Assembly: GCA_012295275.1 (NCBI GenBank)
Contig: CM022666.1
Location: 3,472,001-3,536,000 of the forward strand
DNA length: 64,000 nucleotides
Reading direction: 5' to 3'
Source of the DNA: Chrysomallon squamiferum
Lineage: Eukaryota > Animalia > Mollusca
The translations under genes and the position numbers were made by a program. Below the pieces are notes generated by a model. The model saw only the letters and a list, made by a program, of their open reading frames with translations. It had not been told where the DNA came from and ran no database searches. Within the stretch, counting starts at the first letter, position 1; each line of letters begins with the position of its first letter. Shown piece after piece: positions 1 to 22,975 of this stretch.

Positions 1-324
1 AAACAATGGTTTTCACAGTTAAGCAAGAGAAACATATGCAATGACAAAGCAAGCCGATTCTGCGCATTATAATTGTACACTAGTGTTTACGAGATTTACA
101 AACAATAGGAAATAAATCTTTCATCTATCTAAAACTTACTCTGTAGCAGTGAACATGCTATAATTAGTGCAAGTGTCTGTGTAAGATATTCATACAAATT
201 CCTGTTAATGTTTTGACTCTGGATGTCTGTCTTTCTATTTGTCTGTCTATCTATCTATCTATCTATCTTTCTGTTTATCTATTTATTTATCCGTTTAAGT
301 ATCTGTATATCTATCTTTCTCTGA

Positions 325-402
<78 letters not shown>

Positions 403-788
403 GGGAGGGAGACAAACTGGGACAAAGAGACAACGATAAAGAGAGGGACAGAGACAGAAACTCAGACAACACTGACGGAATCACAGTACTGTAAGTAAAC
501 ACGTCACAGAATACGCGACAACCACAATCTGTCCAGAGCTAATAGAAGTAGGTGTCATAACAAAAATTAAAATGCAGTAACATCCTAGAAGCAAGTGCGT
601 AGCCTTCAGGCTTGTTGTGTACATCGATTGTTCTGTTTTTGTTTTTGTCAATGAATGAGAGACCGAGAATTCGTAAATTGTTGTAGGCGTGTTTCGGATT
701 TAATGTTTGTATTTGAAGCCAGTGTGGGTTTTGGTTATTCTATTGTTGTTGTTGTTGTTGCTGCTGTTGATGTTGTAATTATTTGATA

Positions 789-820
<32 letters not shown>

Positions 821-1188
821 CGATATTTGAATTTCGAAATATCAATTAATACTGATTTTTAAAAACAATTTTATTATTATTTTTTTTTTTTGTAAAAGAT
901 ATTTATTTATTTATTTTTGTGTTTATAGGTTTGTTTGTTTGTAAATTGTTACTGATTTGTTCATTGTTTTTGTTGTTTGTACTCGTGGTACAGACATTTG
1001 TTTGTGGGTGACTTCCAGCCTGGTTACACACAATAACAAAACACAAAATCATAATTTTGAAATAAAATGTATTTTAATTCACAAATAATGCACAATATCT
1101 GAGCATTTGGGGGTTGGGTGGTGAAAAAAACGTAGATACAATTGTATGAAAGCAGAAAAAAGCGAGCAATTCTAACACGTACAAGAAA

Positions 1189-1234
<46 letters not shown>

Positions 1235-1686
1235 CACTGTTATGGAATGCATTTAAAAGATGTATCAAAAAAAGTCAAAATACTTTTGATTTGTATGAAA
1301 TATAGTCTCTGTTACAATCTCATGTTTATAATCAGCATAGGAAAAATAATAATGAATGAATTATTGTCTAACAAATGTATACATTAGAAACCAGCAAGTT
1401 GTTTTTTTGTTGTTCTTTTTTAAAGGCTGTGAAATAAATCCAAACACACTGAGCAGTACTTTAAGGCAATTTGAAAAAAAAAAAATATATAAAAAAAAAA
1501 AGAAATAAAAAAATAAAAATAAAAAATAAAATGTTTAAAAGAAAGAACAATAAAGGCAAGAAAAAAACATTTAAATAATAATAATAATAATATAAAACAA
1601 TTGTCTTGCTGTATTTCTTTTTTTCTTTTTTTTTTTTTTTTTTGGCATTTTATAACTTTTCTTTCTTAATTAGTAAAATAACAAAG

Positions 1687-1737
<51 letters not shown>

Positions 1738-2767
1738 TTAATAATAAATGACATCTATATTTGTAATATTAATAACTAATATATATTGTTATAAAAATCA
1801 TCAAATATATAATAAAATAAAAATATCTTAATATGCAACCAAGAATAATATGTAACACCCAATCATAACGCGCCATATTAAATACGTCATAGTCAACTGA
1901 AGGCACAAACAGAACATACGTCATTACACCAAGATGTCTGTCGTAATGTAGGTGATTTTATCACCAATGACAACAGAACAAAATGTAACGAGAATCAGCG
2001 AATACGAAAAAAAAGCATCGAAAGTATAAGCAATAAAAAAAAATTCGAGCACCATAAGGTAATATAAAAATAAAGGGACAGATTTTACGTAATTTTGTAA
2101 AATTTAGGTTCTGAAGGAACTATTTTGGTCCTAAGACCGTAAGTAATATAAAAATAAAGTCAAAGACGTTAATAATTATATAAAATACGATCGCAAATGG
2201 AAATATATGTATTTCTATTCAGACATTTAAATTCCGTAGGAACTATTTTGGTCCTAAGAACAGAACGAAATGAAAGGCTTGATGTAACCAATTATGTAAA
2301 AAGACAGCAAAAATAAAATAAATAAAATAAAAATATTGTATAAATAAAAGATTATGTTTTGAAACAGCTAGTTCGGACCTAACTCTTAACGCTACAATGA
2401 AATGTAAGGTTTGATGTTAACGAATTATGTAAAATATGATAACAAAGAAAAGCATTTCTATACAGATGTTTACTTTCTAAAGAAACTGTTTCATCCTCAA
2501 TAAACCATCTTTAATTATCTGAACAATTATTAATTATAATACGCAAAACAAAGGAACATTTCTACGTACATTTACGTTTAAAAAAGATACTGCATCGAGT
2601 CCAAACGATTCTTTCTAAGGTCCAGTATCAGTTCTTTGCTTAATGGATAATTATTATGTGAAATAGTAATTATTTTATTTTATACATGATAGGTATTAAT
2701 GCATTTCACAACAACTTATGCAACAAAATATAGTAAAGGCACAATAATGTCTAACAGATATCACTGG

Positions 2768-2809
<42 letters not shown>

Positions 2810-2922
2810 AAAAAAAAATAAATAAATATATATGTAAACAAATAAATATATAAAATATATCAGTTGTTGAGATCACTAATCTAAAATCTTAATATGAGCA
2901 GTATAAACCGAGATTTTTTTAA

Positions 2923-2964
<42 letters not shown>

Positions 2965-3615
2965 CCTTAAAGTTAATAAACAAATGAAAATGACCTAAGA
3001 TTTCTGTTCCTCATAATTGAAATTTCAGTGGTGAAAGACAAAATCTTATTGTGACCTTTTGTTTCACTTTCATTAAAAACATTAACAAATCATGAGCAGA
3101 CATCTAATTACTAACAGTCTCGAATTTTTCTACAAGTTTATCAAAAATATAAATTTACGAAATTACCGCTAAATTATGTTTACTTACTGTAAAGTAATAC
3201 TGTAAAATAAAATATTGGAATCATTTATTTATTTATTTATTTATTATTTTATAATATCAGAAAATGTTTTCCTATTTGTATGGTAATGAACAGACAAAAG
3301 AAAGAAAGAAAAAAAAGCCAACGCGTTTAATTACAATAGCTAAATAAACTGTCACAAATCAAGGGAGTGAACTAATTATTGAGCAAAGGTAAGGGAAGCA
3401 ACTGCTGGCCTAACTGAGACAGCTACTGTGATTATAAGGACAACGGTAACAATGAAGCCAAACTTAAGCTAAGGGAAACAACTGCTGATCTAAGGGAGAC
3501 AACTGATTTATTAATTAATAGCTTTATAAAGTAGATTTAAGCTGAAGAATTAGTAGTATCATATTGCATTGCTATAAACATCAAATTATTCTTAAGCGAA
3601 TTTAATTACATCTTT

Positions 3616-3669
<54 letters not shown>

Positions 3670-4307
3670 CCAATAACAGTTATGAACAATAATAATACTT
3701 GTAATAAAAAAATAAATAAATAAATAAAATAAAATACACATTGTGACAAAAAATGAGAAGCTGTTTGTGAACATCAATGTAAATGAAAAAAAACCCACTG
3801 GTATACTTATTAATATTCATGAACACACAAAAGCAGACATTATTTTGCACAAGCGAATACTTAATATATGGAAATCAGAGACCCACGTGTATGACAAAGC
3901 ATTCGAAACTTTAAATTTTCTAAAGACATTAATGTTATATGCACTCAAGCTTGACAAACTGCCATTAGCCAAGATTATAGTACAACACCGACAGATGGCC
4001 ATGAAGTTTTTGGCAAGTTTTTGTGAATTTTCTCACAACTATAATTTAAATTTATAAAAAAAAATGAGTATTTGAAGGACTAAGTTCAGAAAATATTTAA
4101 CTGATGTTTTTAGAAGATACAGACTGGAATTAAAACACAATTAAAAATTTAAAAAAAAAAAATAGAAAAATAAAAAATTTCTCTCTCTCTTAACTGTATG
4201 AGCCTGTTTTAATTCTTAATATAGTCAAATTTATTAATTCCAATTAACAGTATTAAATATTACTCAGCTGAATATCCTGTAACAATATATCTGTGGAAAG
4301 GATGGAT

Positions 4308-4344
<37 letters not shown>

Positions 4345-4831
4345 AATTAATATATGAATTATTTATTAAGTAACAACTACAAAAATCTATAGACATTATC
4401 TCTCCCCCACCCTATCAGTGGTAATAAATTTAATAAATGAAAATATATTGTGACTAGAACTGGTGAATAATATCACAGGGTAAAAATACAAAAAATAAAA
4501 AATACAAAAAAAAAAAAATACAGAGGAAATAAAAAATAACTGATGTTTAAAACAAAAAAATGTTTTTGAATTTTCTCATATATGTTTATATAATATAAAA
4601 TTTTGATATTTTCTCTTAAAAAACAAGTATTATCAACATCCATTATCAAAAATTAAAAAACAATCAGGATCCAAATTTATAAAAGTGTATAAATTTATAT
4701 TTTTCGACTAGCTATGATATTAAAAAATGCAGATTTTACAATTTGTTCAGGGTTTCTAAAGGGCCAAGACCAGTCATTTTTGATACTGAGGCCAATATAT
4801 AGATTTTAGATTTATTAATTATTATTTTCCT

Positions 4832-4866
<35 letters not shown>

Positions 4867-6129
4867 TTTTATCATCAACATCATCATCATCATACTATTT
4901 TATACATTTTGTTTAACTGACGTGATGAATTTTAAGACATAGCCAATTATTATTATTATTATTTTTATATCAGTATAGACATACATTTAAAAAAAAAAAA
5001 AATATTTATTTGTTGATATTGCACGTAAAAAAAACCTTTCAAATCAACTGGTCAAATGACATATCATTTTCATTCCTGAAATTCTAGAAAACCTGTACAG
5101 GTAATCCCCAAAAATGAATACAGTTATATCTAGCTAGACACTAGTCCAGTGTTTGTTTTCTAATACAAATTTCTCATTAAGTAATTTTAGAAAAAAAGAA
5201 GAAAAAAAACATCTAAAGAAAACAAAAGATCATGAATTCCTTGTAAATAACAACACCTTTTTTTGCTAATTGTAACTGTGTCTATGCTTTGAATGCACAG
5301 TTTATAATTTTAATCTAATATTCTCTCTTGTGAAACTTGTTTTTACATCTGTTTTATACTGAAGTTAAATATAAACCAATTAATGAACATATTTCTACTT
5401 GAGGATATACATTCACATACAAACAGTAAAATCTTTTCAGTGCATTCCTTTGTCAAATATCTTAAGTATTTGGTGCAATAAAATATAATATATTTTTTTA
5501 TTTTTGATTAAACTTTTATTTTAATTTCTTTAATTTATTATTATTATTATTATTATTCAGACAAGTTATAACTTTAAATCAAGTAAAAACGTATAATTTT
5601 TTTAATATCTTAATCTTTTAATGAAAACTGCTTGAAAAGCGAGTACACAAATGCTGCCTGAAATGTCATATATCTTCTTATCTGGCGCAAAATTGATTTA
5701 AAAACCTATCAAAAATAAATAAAATAATAATTACCTTGTCAAAAACCAATCATAAAGAAAAAGAAAAACATCTTTATCTCTTTAAAAAACACTTTACCTC
5801 AAATATCTAAGAAATGCACATTTATATACTTGGTTTCGTGTAATGTATATGTATAAAAAAAAAAAAAAAAAAAAAAATCTGATATAAAACCAAAATTATC
5901 AAATTTATATAAAAAATTAATAAAATGCTTACACATAATTTGATGAAGCCATTTTTTTTTAATTTTTTTTTTTCTTAACAACATCTAATATAGAAATCAT
6001 GCACCAAAAAAAGTATACAACACTTAAAACATTAATTACTTCAATTGTTTAACATGAACTGTAAAGTACAGAGCTTAAGTAGCCATACCAGCTAATGCAA
6101 AAATTAGTAGCCATACAATAAATTAGTCG

Positions 6130-6700
6130 TGCCATTCATTAGAGTAGCTATTATTGATACCATTTCATACCGTGGTTTTTGGTCATAACGTTCATTAGAA
6201 TAGCTATTATTGATACCATATAATACCGTGGTTTTTGGTCATACCATATAATACCGTGGTTTTTGGTCATACCATTTAACACTTTTATTGTTAGCCATAC
6301 CATGTATTACAGCAGAAATCAGCCTTACCATGCAATACGTTAGCTATTAGTGATGTTATATAATACAATAGGTATTAGCCAAATCATTTAATACAACAGG
6401 TACTAGCCAAATCATTTTATACAGACATTAGCTATATCACATAAGCCCTATAGTTGAATATAGTCATTAGCCTATCATTTAATAAAATAGGTATTAGCCA
6501 AATTATTTACTACAGTCATTAGCAATATCATTTAACAGTCTTTAGCCATATCATTCAATTCAGTCATTAGCCATATCGATGAATAGTCATTAAAGTGACA
6601 TCATTTAACGTATCAAAAAATGTATTATCCACATGATTAAATAAATTTGTTATGTGCCACATACCATTATAATACAACAGGTATTAGCTATACAGATTAA
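6130..6700. repeat. Degenerate minisatellite (ATACCGTGGTTTTTGGTCATA x3 within TATTAGCCATATCATTTAA-like units)
   Basis: Three near-identical copies at ~6167-6272, embedded in a decayed array. Confidence 0.65.
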
Positions 6701-8129
6701 TAAGTGAATAATTTGCCACAGTATGTAATACAACAGCAATACCATCACAAGTTTGGTATGTTTCCGATAAAAGTAATATCATGTTCAGCCTTGACAAGTT
6801 TTGGATACAAAACATTACTTAGCATGAATTTATTAGTTCCAGATCTGATGTATCTGTTAACCATTAATGTGTTGTTTATGTGAAAATTAAAAAAGAAACT
6901 GAGATATCTTTTTATTAAATAAGTAACATATTGCAGTTATAAAAAATGTGACTGGTAAAACAACAAACCTCTCAAATGTATTTTTGGTTGTCAGTTGATT
7001 TATATCTTGCCAGTTATGAACTATGTATGGTATATTCTAAGAACACTGTGTATGTGTGTGTGTGTGTGAGTGTTTCTATATGTACATATATATATCATGC
7101 ATTCTTGATACATATACATACACATATATGTTGTAATGCTATTTATAACTGCAATAGTTTTGTTTTTTTATATTATTATTGTTTAACAATAAAGATTTCT
7201 AACAGGGGACACAATTCATGTTATAAATTCTACTTTCTCAAATTACTATATTAAAATACTGATTAGTCAATAAAGGTTTTTTTTACTGACATTCTCAAAT
7301 AAGAATGAAATAATTATTTTAATATAATAACCATTACACTGGAGTTTATAAACGAGTAGATAACTCAAATGTACAGCTTGATAATTGTGTCTTATTTTGT
7401 CACTGATCATACATAATTATTAAGTTTTGATTATTAAAACTATACATTTCAATTAATGTGTACCCAAAAGAGAAATGAGGGATTATAATGTTGTAAAACT
7501 GTCAAGGCTGAATATACAAATATCAGTTTAAAAATTGATTATCTTTGAGAAAACAAAATATTGCACATACACAGAAACAGAACATGCATTATATCAATAT
7601 ACACAGTCACCAAAAAATCCAGCAATTTTTTTTTTTTTTTTTCTGCCATGGCAAGCCATCTCAAAACAAACAGAAATTGAAACATATAATTACCTCAACC
7701 AATCAATATTTCTGTGGTTTTGAAAACTGTTTTGGTTTTTACTTTTTTCCCTCAAAATGTAAGCTAAAATATACAATGCCAAAAAATCATACTTTTATTT
7801 ATTTATTTAATTTTTTTTTTTTTTGGCAAAGCTTTTTGCTTTTTTGTTTAAAAAACAAAAATAAAAAGCAAGTGTGTCAAATGCTCACCCAAAGTCTAAC
7901 TATTTTTTTTTTTTGTGTTATTCTAAAACACAGAACCAATATTTTGGTTTCTTTCTTTCTTTATCTGGCAAGCCATAATTTTTGTCTTTCTTTTTCATTT
8001 TCTTCAAAAATCAAGCAACAAATAAAATACGTAATCACCAAAATACACATATTTTTATCTTTTTGATTTGGCAAGCCTTTTTTTTTTTTTTTTTTTTTTT
8101 ATTCCAAAACCAAATGACAAATAATTTTT

Positions 8130-17937
<9,808 letters not shown>

Positions 17938-18205
17938 AACGCTTTAGCCAAGACGTCATGTGACTTTCTTTTTAAAAACTCTTCTGGTTACACTCCACAG
18001 TTAATTTCTTCGCAATTCTCTTACGTAAATCCGAGATTACTTATGTAATTCAATTGAAGCCGGAGATGAAAACAGAATGCAAGACGACTGAAATTCTTGA
18101 CTTTGTAAAACAGAGATAATCACTGTCTTACTTATGTTATGTTTGCTTATAAAATTATGATGTGACAATTTCTCAAGTTAAGGGGGAACAATGGCCGCCT
18201 TCGTA
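17938..18205 (-). promoter_or_regulatory. Probable SDR promoter/5'UTR
   Basis: Immediately upstream of the ATG, with local CpG retention, an overlapping GACGTCA/GTCATGTGAC (CRE/E-box-like) site at ~17952-17964 and a YY1-like AATGGCCGCC at ~18190-18199. Confidence 0.4.
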
Positions 18206-18652
18206 TTATTTAATATAATAAAAAACAATGATATATTTGTTTATTACTGAATAAAAAAAGAATTAGCTAATCTAAATAAAATAAGAAATGAATTTTATGA
18301 CAAGCTGGTCATACGTTTAATACACGGTAACACAGATTTATGATAGAATGATACAATGGATTCAGAATCACGAGAAAAAAACATTAAGATTTTTATTCTT
18401 TTCTTTTTTTTTTTTTTTTTTTTTTTTTTTCGATTACAAGTATTTTCTGGACAATCAACATTTTATTTATTTATTTATTTATTTATTTATTTTAAACTAA
18501 TAAAAATTGACTTATGAAAGTTATCCTTATTTCAATAACGATTTGTTGTATTGAAATGAATCGCATAAAAACATGGATGGAGTTGGAATATTTCAAATCT
18601 ATCTTGTCACTGTTTCCAATCGAAAAATAAGAACGGACGTAACCGTCCTTCA

Positions 18653-19951
18653 CTAAATATGTCCCGTATTCTCGGCCGGCTCTGCACTTTCTTTTTCTGT
18701 CTCCGCCGCCGATACACTGGTCAACACTGAACTTTGTGACATGGCTCCGGCAGTCGATCGCGCACCGCAGAATCCAAACACTTTACGTCTGAACATACTG
18801 TTGGTCGCGATGTACAAGAAGAAGTTGCACGAGTAATTAATCGACTCCAGAATGCTGCCCACAGAGAACAGAATCATCAGAGGCAGGAACTGAGTGGCGT
18901 AGAGGACCTCGTCGCGAACTGAGGCCAAGTTGTGAGCAATAATCAGGGGCAGCTGAAGAATGACGTACGTTACGCAAAGCAGAATTAACATCGTGGACAC
19001 TTTCGCTTCCTCCTGCGTGCGTGTCGTGGTCAGACTCTTTCTGACGTTTCTGAACTTCAGGAGCACGCCGCACATGATCGGGGTCAGGATCACTAATATG
19101 ATCATGGGTAAAACGCCTATGATGCCGGAACCTACCGCGAGGATCAGTCGAGCTCGGAGCGCTGTTTGCGGCGAAGAGTAAGTCGGGTTGCACGTCGAGT
19201 TCCTAATGTCAGACGAAAGCGTCCAAATACCGCTGTATCCCGCACCGACTGCGACGACGACAGCAATCCCTTTCAACGCATTGGCTTTCGTGATTATCCG
19301 TTTGGCGCGGAACGGCAAGCATATCGCCATGAACCTCTCGAAGCAGACCAGGACCACAAACCAGGCGGAGAGTATCTTTCCAAGATGGACGGCGAAGAAG
19401 TACGCCTTGCAGGCCGCCCTGCTGGTGGCTCTTACGTCCATTCCTATCAAGTTAATGACGAACGCTTTATGGAACTGAATCGTTATCAGCGTGAGAGTGT
19501 CAGCGAGCGCCAGACTAGAGAGAATCACGCTGGAAGGAATGAGGTTGAAGGGTTTCCCACGTAATGCTATCATCGTTGCGACGTTGCCGAGCACGCCAAC
19601 GACAACCGTTAAGGGTGTCGTGACTTTTTCTATGTAGTTGTTATCGTCTATCGTAACCCTTTCAGCGGAAAGATCCGATCTAGTCGAGCTATCGTTGTTA
19701 TAAGACCAAGTGGAAGTACTGGTATTATCGGTCAAAACAGGCCCAGACGAGATCCCATTATTCTTGTCAGTCGCATTTAAGTCTGGATTGGTGAAAGCTG
19801 TCGTATCGTCAACGATGTTTTCCAGTGTAGACGTTTCACGCCACTTTCCATCATTAAGGACATTATCTGAGCTTGTTTCAGTTTCATCAAAACCAGAAGA
19901 AACCATCAAAAGAGATGATATGAGAAAGGAAAAAAATCGTTGAAGATGCAT
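18653..19951 (-). CDS. Rhodopsin-like (class A) GPCR, peptide-receptor-like orphan, 432 aa, CDS in a single exon
   Basis: Signal-peptide-like N-terminus, S/T-rich ectodomain with N-x-S/T sequons, and seven hydrophobic segments. Motifs: TM1 GN, TM2 LALAD, TM3 C and ERF (DRY variant), ECL2 Cys, TM7 NYSCNFFLY (NPxxY variant). A splice acceptor (tttcag) lies 1 nt before the ATG, implying an upstream 5'UTR exon; a candidate donor is near 21934. Confidence 0.93.
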   Translation of the reverse strand: MHLQRFFSFLISSLLMVSSGFDETETSSDNVLNDGKWRETSTLENIVDDTTAFTNPDLNATDKNNGISSGPVLTDNTSTSTWSYNNDSSTRSDLSAERVTIDDNNYIEKVTTPLTVVVGVLGNVATMIALRGKPFNLIPSSVILSSLALADTLTLITIQFHKAFVINLIGMDVRATSRAACKAYFFAVHLGKILSAWFVVLVCFERFMAICLPFRAKRIITKANALKGIAVVVAVGAGYSGIWTLSSDIRNSTCNPTYSSPQTALRARLILAVGSGIIGVLPMIILVILTPIMCGVLLKFRNVRKSLTTTRTQEEAKVSTMLILLCVTYVILQLPLIIAHNLASVRDEVLYATQFLPLMILFSVGSILESINYSCNFFLYIATNSMFRRKVFGFCGARSTAGAMSQSSVLTSVSAAETEKESAEPAENTGHI

Positions 19952-21751
19952 CCTGAAATATAGATTATTTTATTTATAACAAACATGTTTAAAATGTAAA
20001 ACTATTTTGTCTCTGAACTGGTATTATGATCAGTAACTTACACGAGTTTAAATGTTACGATTGGTCTTATATACAATTTATCTAAACATCTTTTCTTAAC
20101 TTCAAAGTTATTGCGTAATATATTACTGACGAACAGTCTTGGCTAATCATAAAGTAAGACAATTAAATAAAAAGAAACACTTGAAAATCATAACTTACTG
20201 GGTTTTTTTTTTTTTTTCATTTCATAGTAATATCATTAACATTTAGTACGAAGTATTGTAAATAATAATAATAATAATAATAATAGGTTTATGTAGCGAT
20301 CTTACTAAAAAAATATATTCAGTTAGAACATAAATAATTCAAAATGCAGCTCGGTAGCAACTATTACAAGCCACTTAAGTGTCTACTGAGTCTTATTATT
20401 TAAACTGTTATGGCAAATTGTACAGCGAGAATGCACCTTTAGTTAGACGATGTCTGTATAATTCTCAAACAGAAAACTGCAACTGATTAAAAGCAAAGCT
20501 GCTGATACTAGAAAATGACAAATGGATATCATGGCGTATTTAATTTGATATATTTATACAGGACGATTGACTGTTGTTGTTTTGGATGAGTCTGTGTCTG
20601 TGTGAGTCTCTGTGTGTGAATCTGTATGTGTCTATGTGTCTGTGTGTGTTTGTGTGTGTTTGTGTAAAATTAAAAAAACCCTGTATATTATGTAGTTACC
20701 ACATATATCAAATTTAAAACATAAAATGACTGAAATGTTAAAAGGTAAACATTCAAAATATTTTAAAATTTTACATAATTAAATGTTTCAAAATAGGCTT
20801 ACGAATTCAAATAAAAATAAAGCAGTTGTGTATGTATGAATGTATATATGTATATATTATGTACGTATGTATGTATATATTATGTACGTATGTATGTATA
20901 TATGTACGTATGTATATATGTACGTATGTATATATCTATGTATCTATATTTTCTTTATTATTAATTTAATTTTAATTTTTTCTTAGCTGTGACGATTATT
21001 CTAGTAACTTTATTTTGAACCTTCGTTCTTTGTTTTCTTTCTCAAATAAGTTGGACTGCATAAAGCTACGTGACGCAGAAGGCAGTTAACATATTAAAAC
21101 AGTAATTAGTCATGGAGTTACGTGACGCAGTTCAGATGCATTTGAATCTACGAATATTACGAAAATTCCTTTCAGTTGACGACGGTTGCAAAGTTAATGA
21201 CATCACTAAAATAGTTATTTATAAATTTTCTTAACTGTATTATGATTTTGTTAAGTTTCATTCTGGGAAATCTTGAAAAGGACTGACACTATAATGTAAA
21301 ACAAATAAATCGTCGACAAATGTTTATACCGGTAACTCTAAGTTTTGTATTTAGTATTTGAAGCTTGAACGAGAAAAAGCGAAATATGTGTACCAGTGAG
21401 ATCATTCGTGTAATGAGATAGATAGATAGATAGATAGATAGGTTTTCAGATTTAAAAGCAAGATTTGTACATAGATTTTCAGATTTAAAAGCAAGATTGT
21501 ACAGTTAGAGAAACATATTTTGCGACTGGAAAGAAATAATGAATAAAACAAAAGAAGAAGAATGACTACTTAACATCAGCGAATGAATGAAAAGGATAAC
21601 AGATGCAAGTTTGTGTGTATGTGTGTGCGAGAACACAGATACATACGTACATACATACTAAATATATTTAAAAATATATAAAGTATTTACGAAAGTGAAC
21701 AGATCAGATTATTCATTTATTTATTTATTTACTTACTTACTTATTTTATTA

Positions 21752-21782
<31 letters not shown>

Positions 21783-22477
21783 TTAAATTAAAAATACTAA
21801 AAAACTGAAAATAAAATGAAAAAAAAAAAAAAAAAAAAAAAATCTAATAAAATAATAATAATAATAAAAAAATAAAAAAATAATAATAATAAAAAAAATA
21901 AAAAAAATAAAATAAAAATTCTGAAAATACAAACCTTCAAGTTTCAAAATGTTCCAGCAAATGAGTCTTTACCGAAAAAGATTTCCATAAACGTCATTTG
22001 AAATCACAGATCAATACGAAGACAGACTGATGAAATGGTCAAGAGATTACTGACAGCCAGTGTATCATTTTTCTTAGTCAAATTTCAGTAAAAAATAGAA
22101 ATAACAATTTAATGTTAACATTAATAAGCTCACACAAGTTAATAAAGAAGAGGAATGGTTTTATCACAAATCAAATAACGAAACCAAAGAGAACAATGCA
22201 TATATGCAAGTATGTATATTTGTATGTATGTGTGTGCATTCATTTACGTATGCATGTTTGAATGTATTTATATATGTAAGTACGTATACGAGTGTATATG
22301 TTTATACGTATGTATATGTTTGTATGTGTATGTATGTATGCACTTACGTGTGTGTGTATGAGCATGTGTATGTATATATGTATATAAATATATCTGTGTG
22401 CGTGTGTGTGTGCATGTGTATATGAATGTGTGTGTTATACACGTGTGTTTGAAGTTTATAATATGTGTATTTGTACT

Positions 22478-22531
<54 letters not shown>

Positions 22532-22613
22532 CATGTGCATGCGTGCATGCATTCACGCGTATGTGTGTGAATATATATATGACTGAGTATTATAACTTAT
22601 GGTTTCAAGCCTA

Positions 22614-22653
<40 letters not shown>

Positions 22654-22824
22654 TTATTTTTATTTTTATTTTTTATTTTTTTAATTGGTTTGGATTGTCT
22701 ATACTGATAATGCACGAGAGAGTTGTATGTAGTTCAATACCCCAGTCCTGTCAATTCGTCACTGTCTTACATATTTCATTATCAGTCAAGTCTACGTATT
22801 CATTTTTGTTTAATTAATACACTA

Positions 22825-22975
22825 GAGAGGAAACCTGATTCAGCCACGTCTTGCTCCACTCGCATCGACTCATAAAAAGTGATTTATCATCAGACACCTT
22901 CCCAGCGGTAGGAAAACGACATATCATGACCTTTGACAAAAAAGGTCACGGGTCACTGGCTGCAGAGGAAAGGTA
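22825..22975 (-). mobile_element. Decayed SINE fragment, same family, reverse orientation
   Basis: GAGAGGAAACC...CACCTTCCCA...GACCTTTGA...CACTGGCTG is the reverse complement of the shared family blocks. Confidence 0.45.

Noticed and set aside
400-496. Exon-like segment ending in CT|GTAAGT
   Set aside because: Good donor, but no acceptor, partner exon or coding signal could be identified in the window.
18837-19943. Overlapping and antisense ORFs within the GPCR
   Set aside because: Expected by-product of a GC-rich coding sequence with few off-frame stops; no recognisable motifs.
18653-19951. Horizontal transfer or retrocopy origin of the GC-rich intronless GPCR
   Set aside because: Single-exon CDSs are common in animal class A GPCRs, it has a 5'UTR intron, and no TSD or poly(A) scar is evident.
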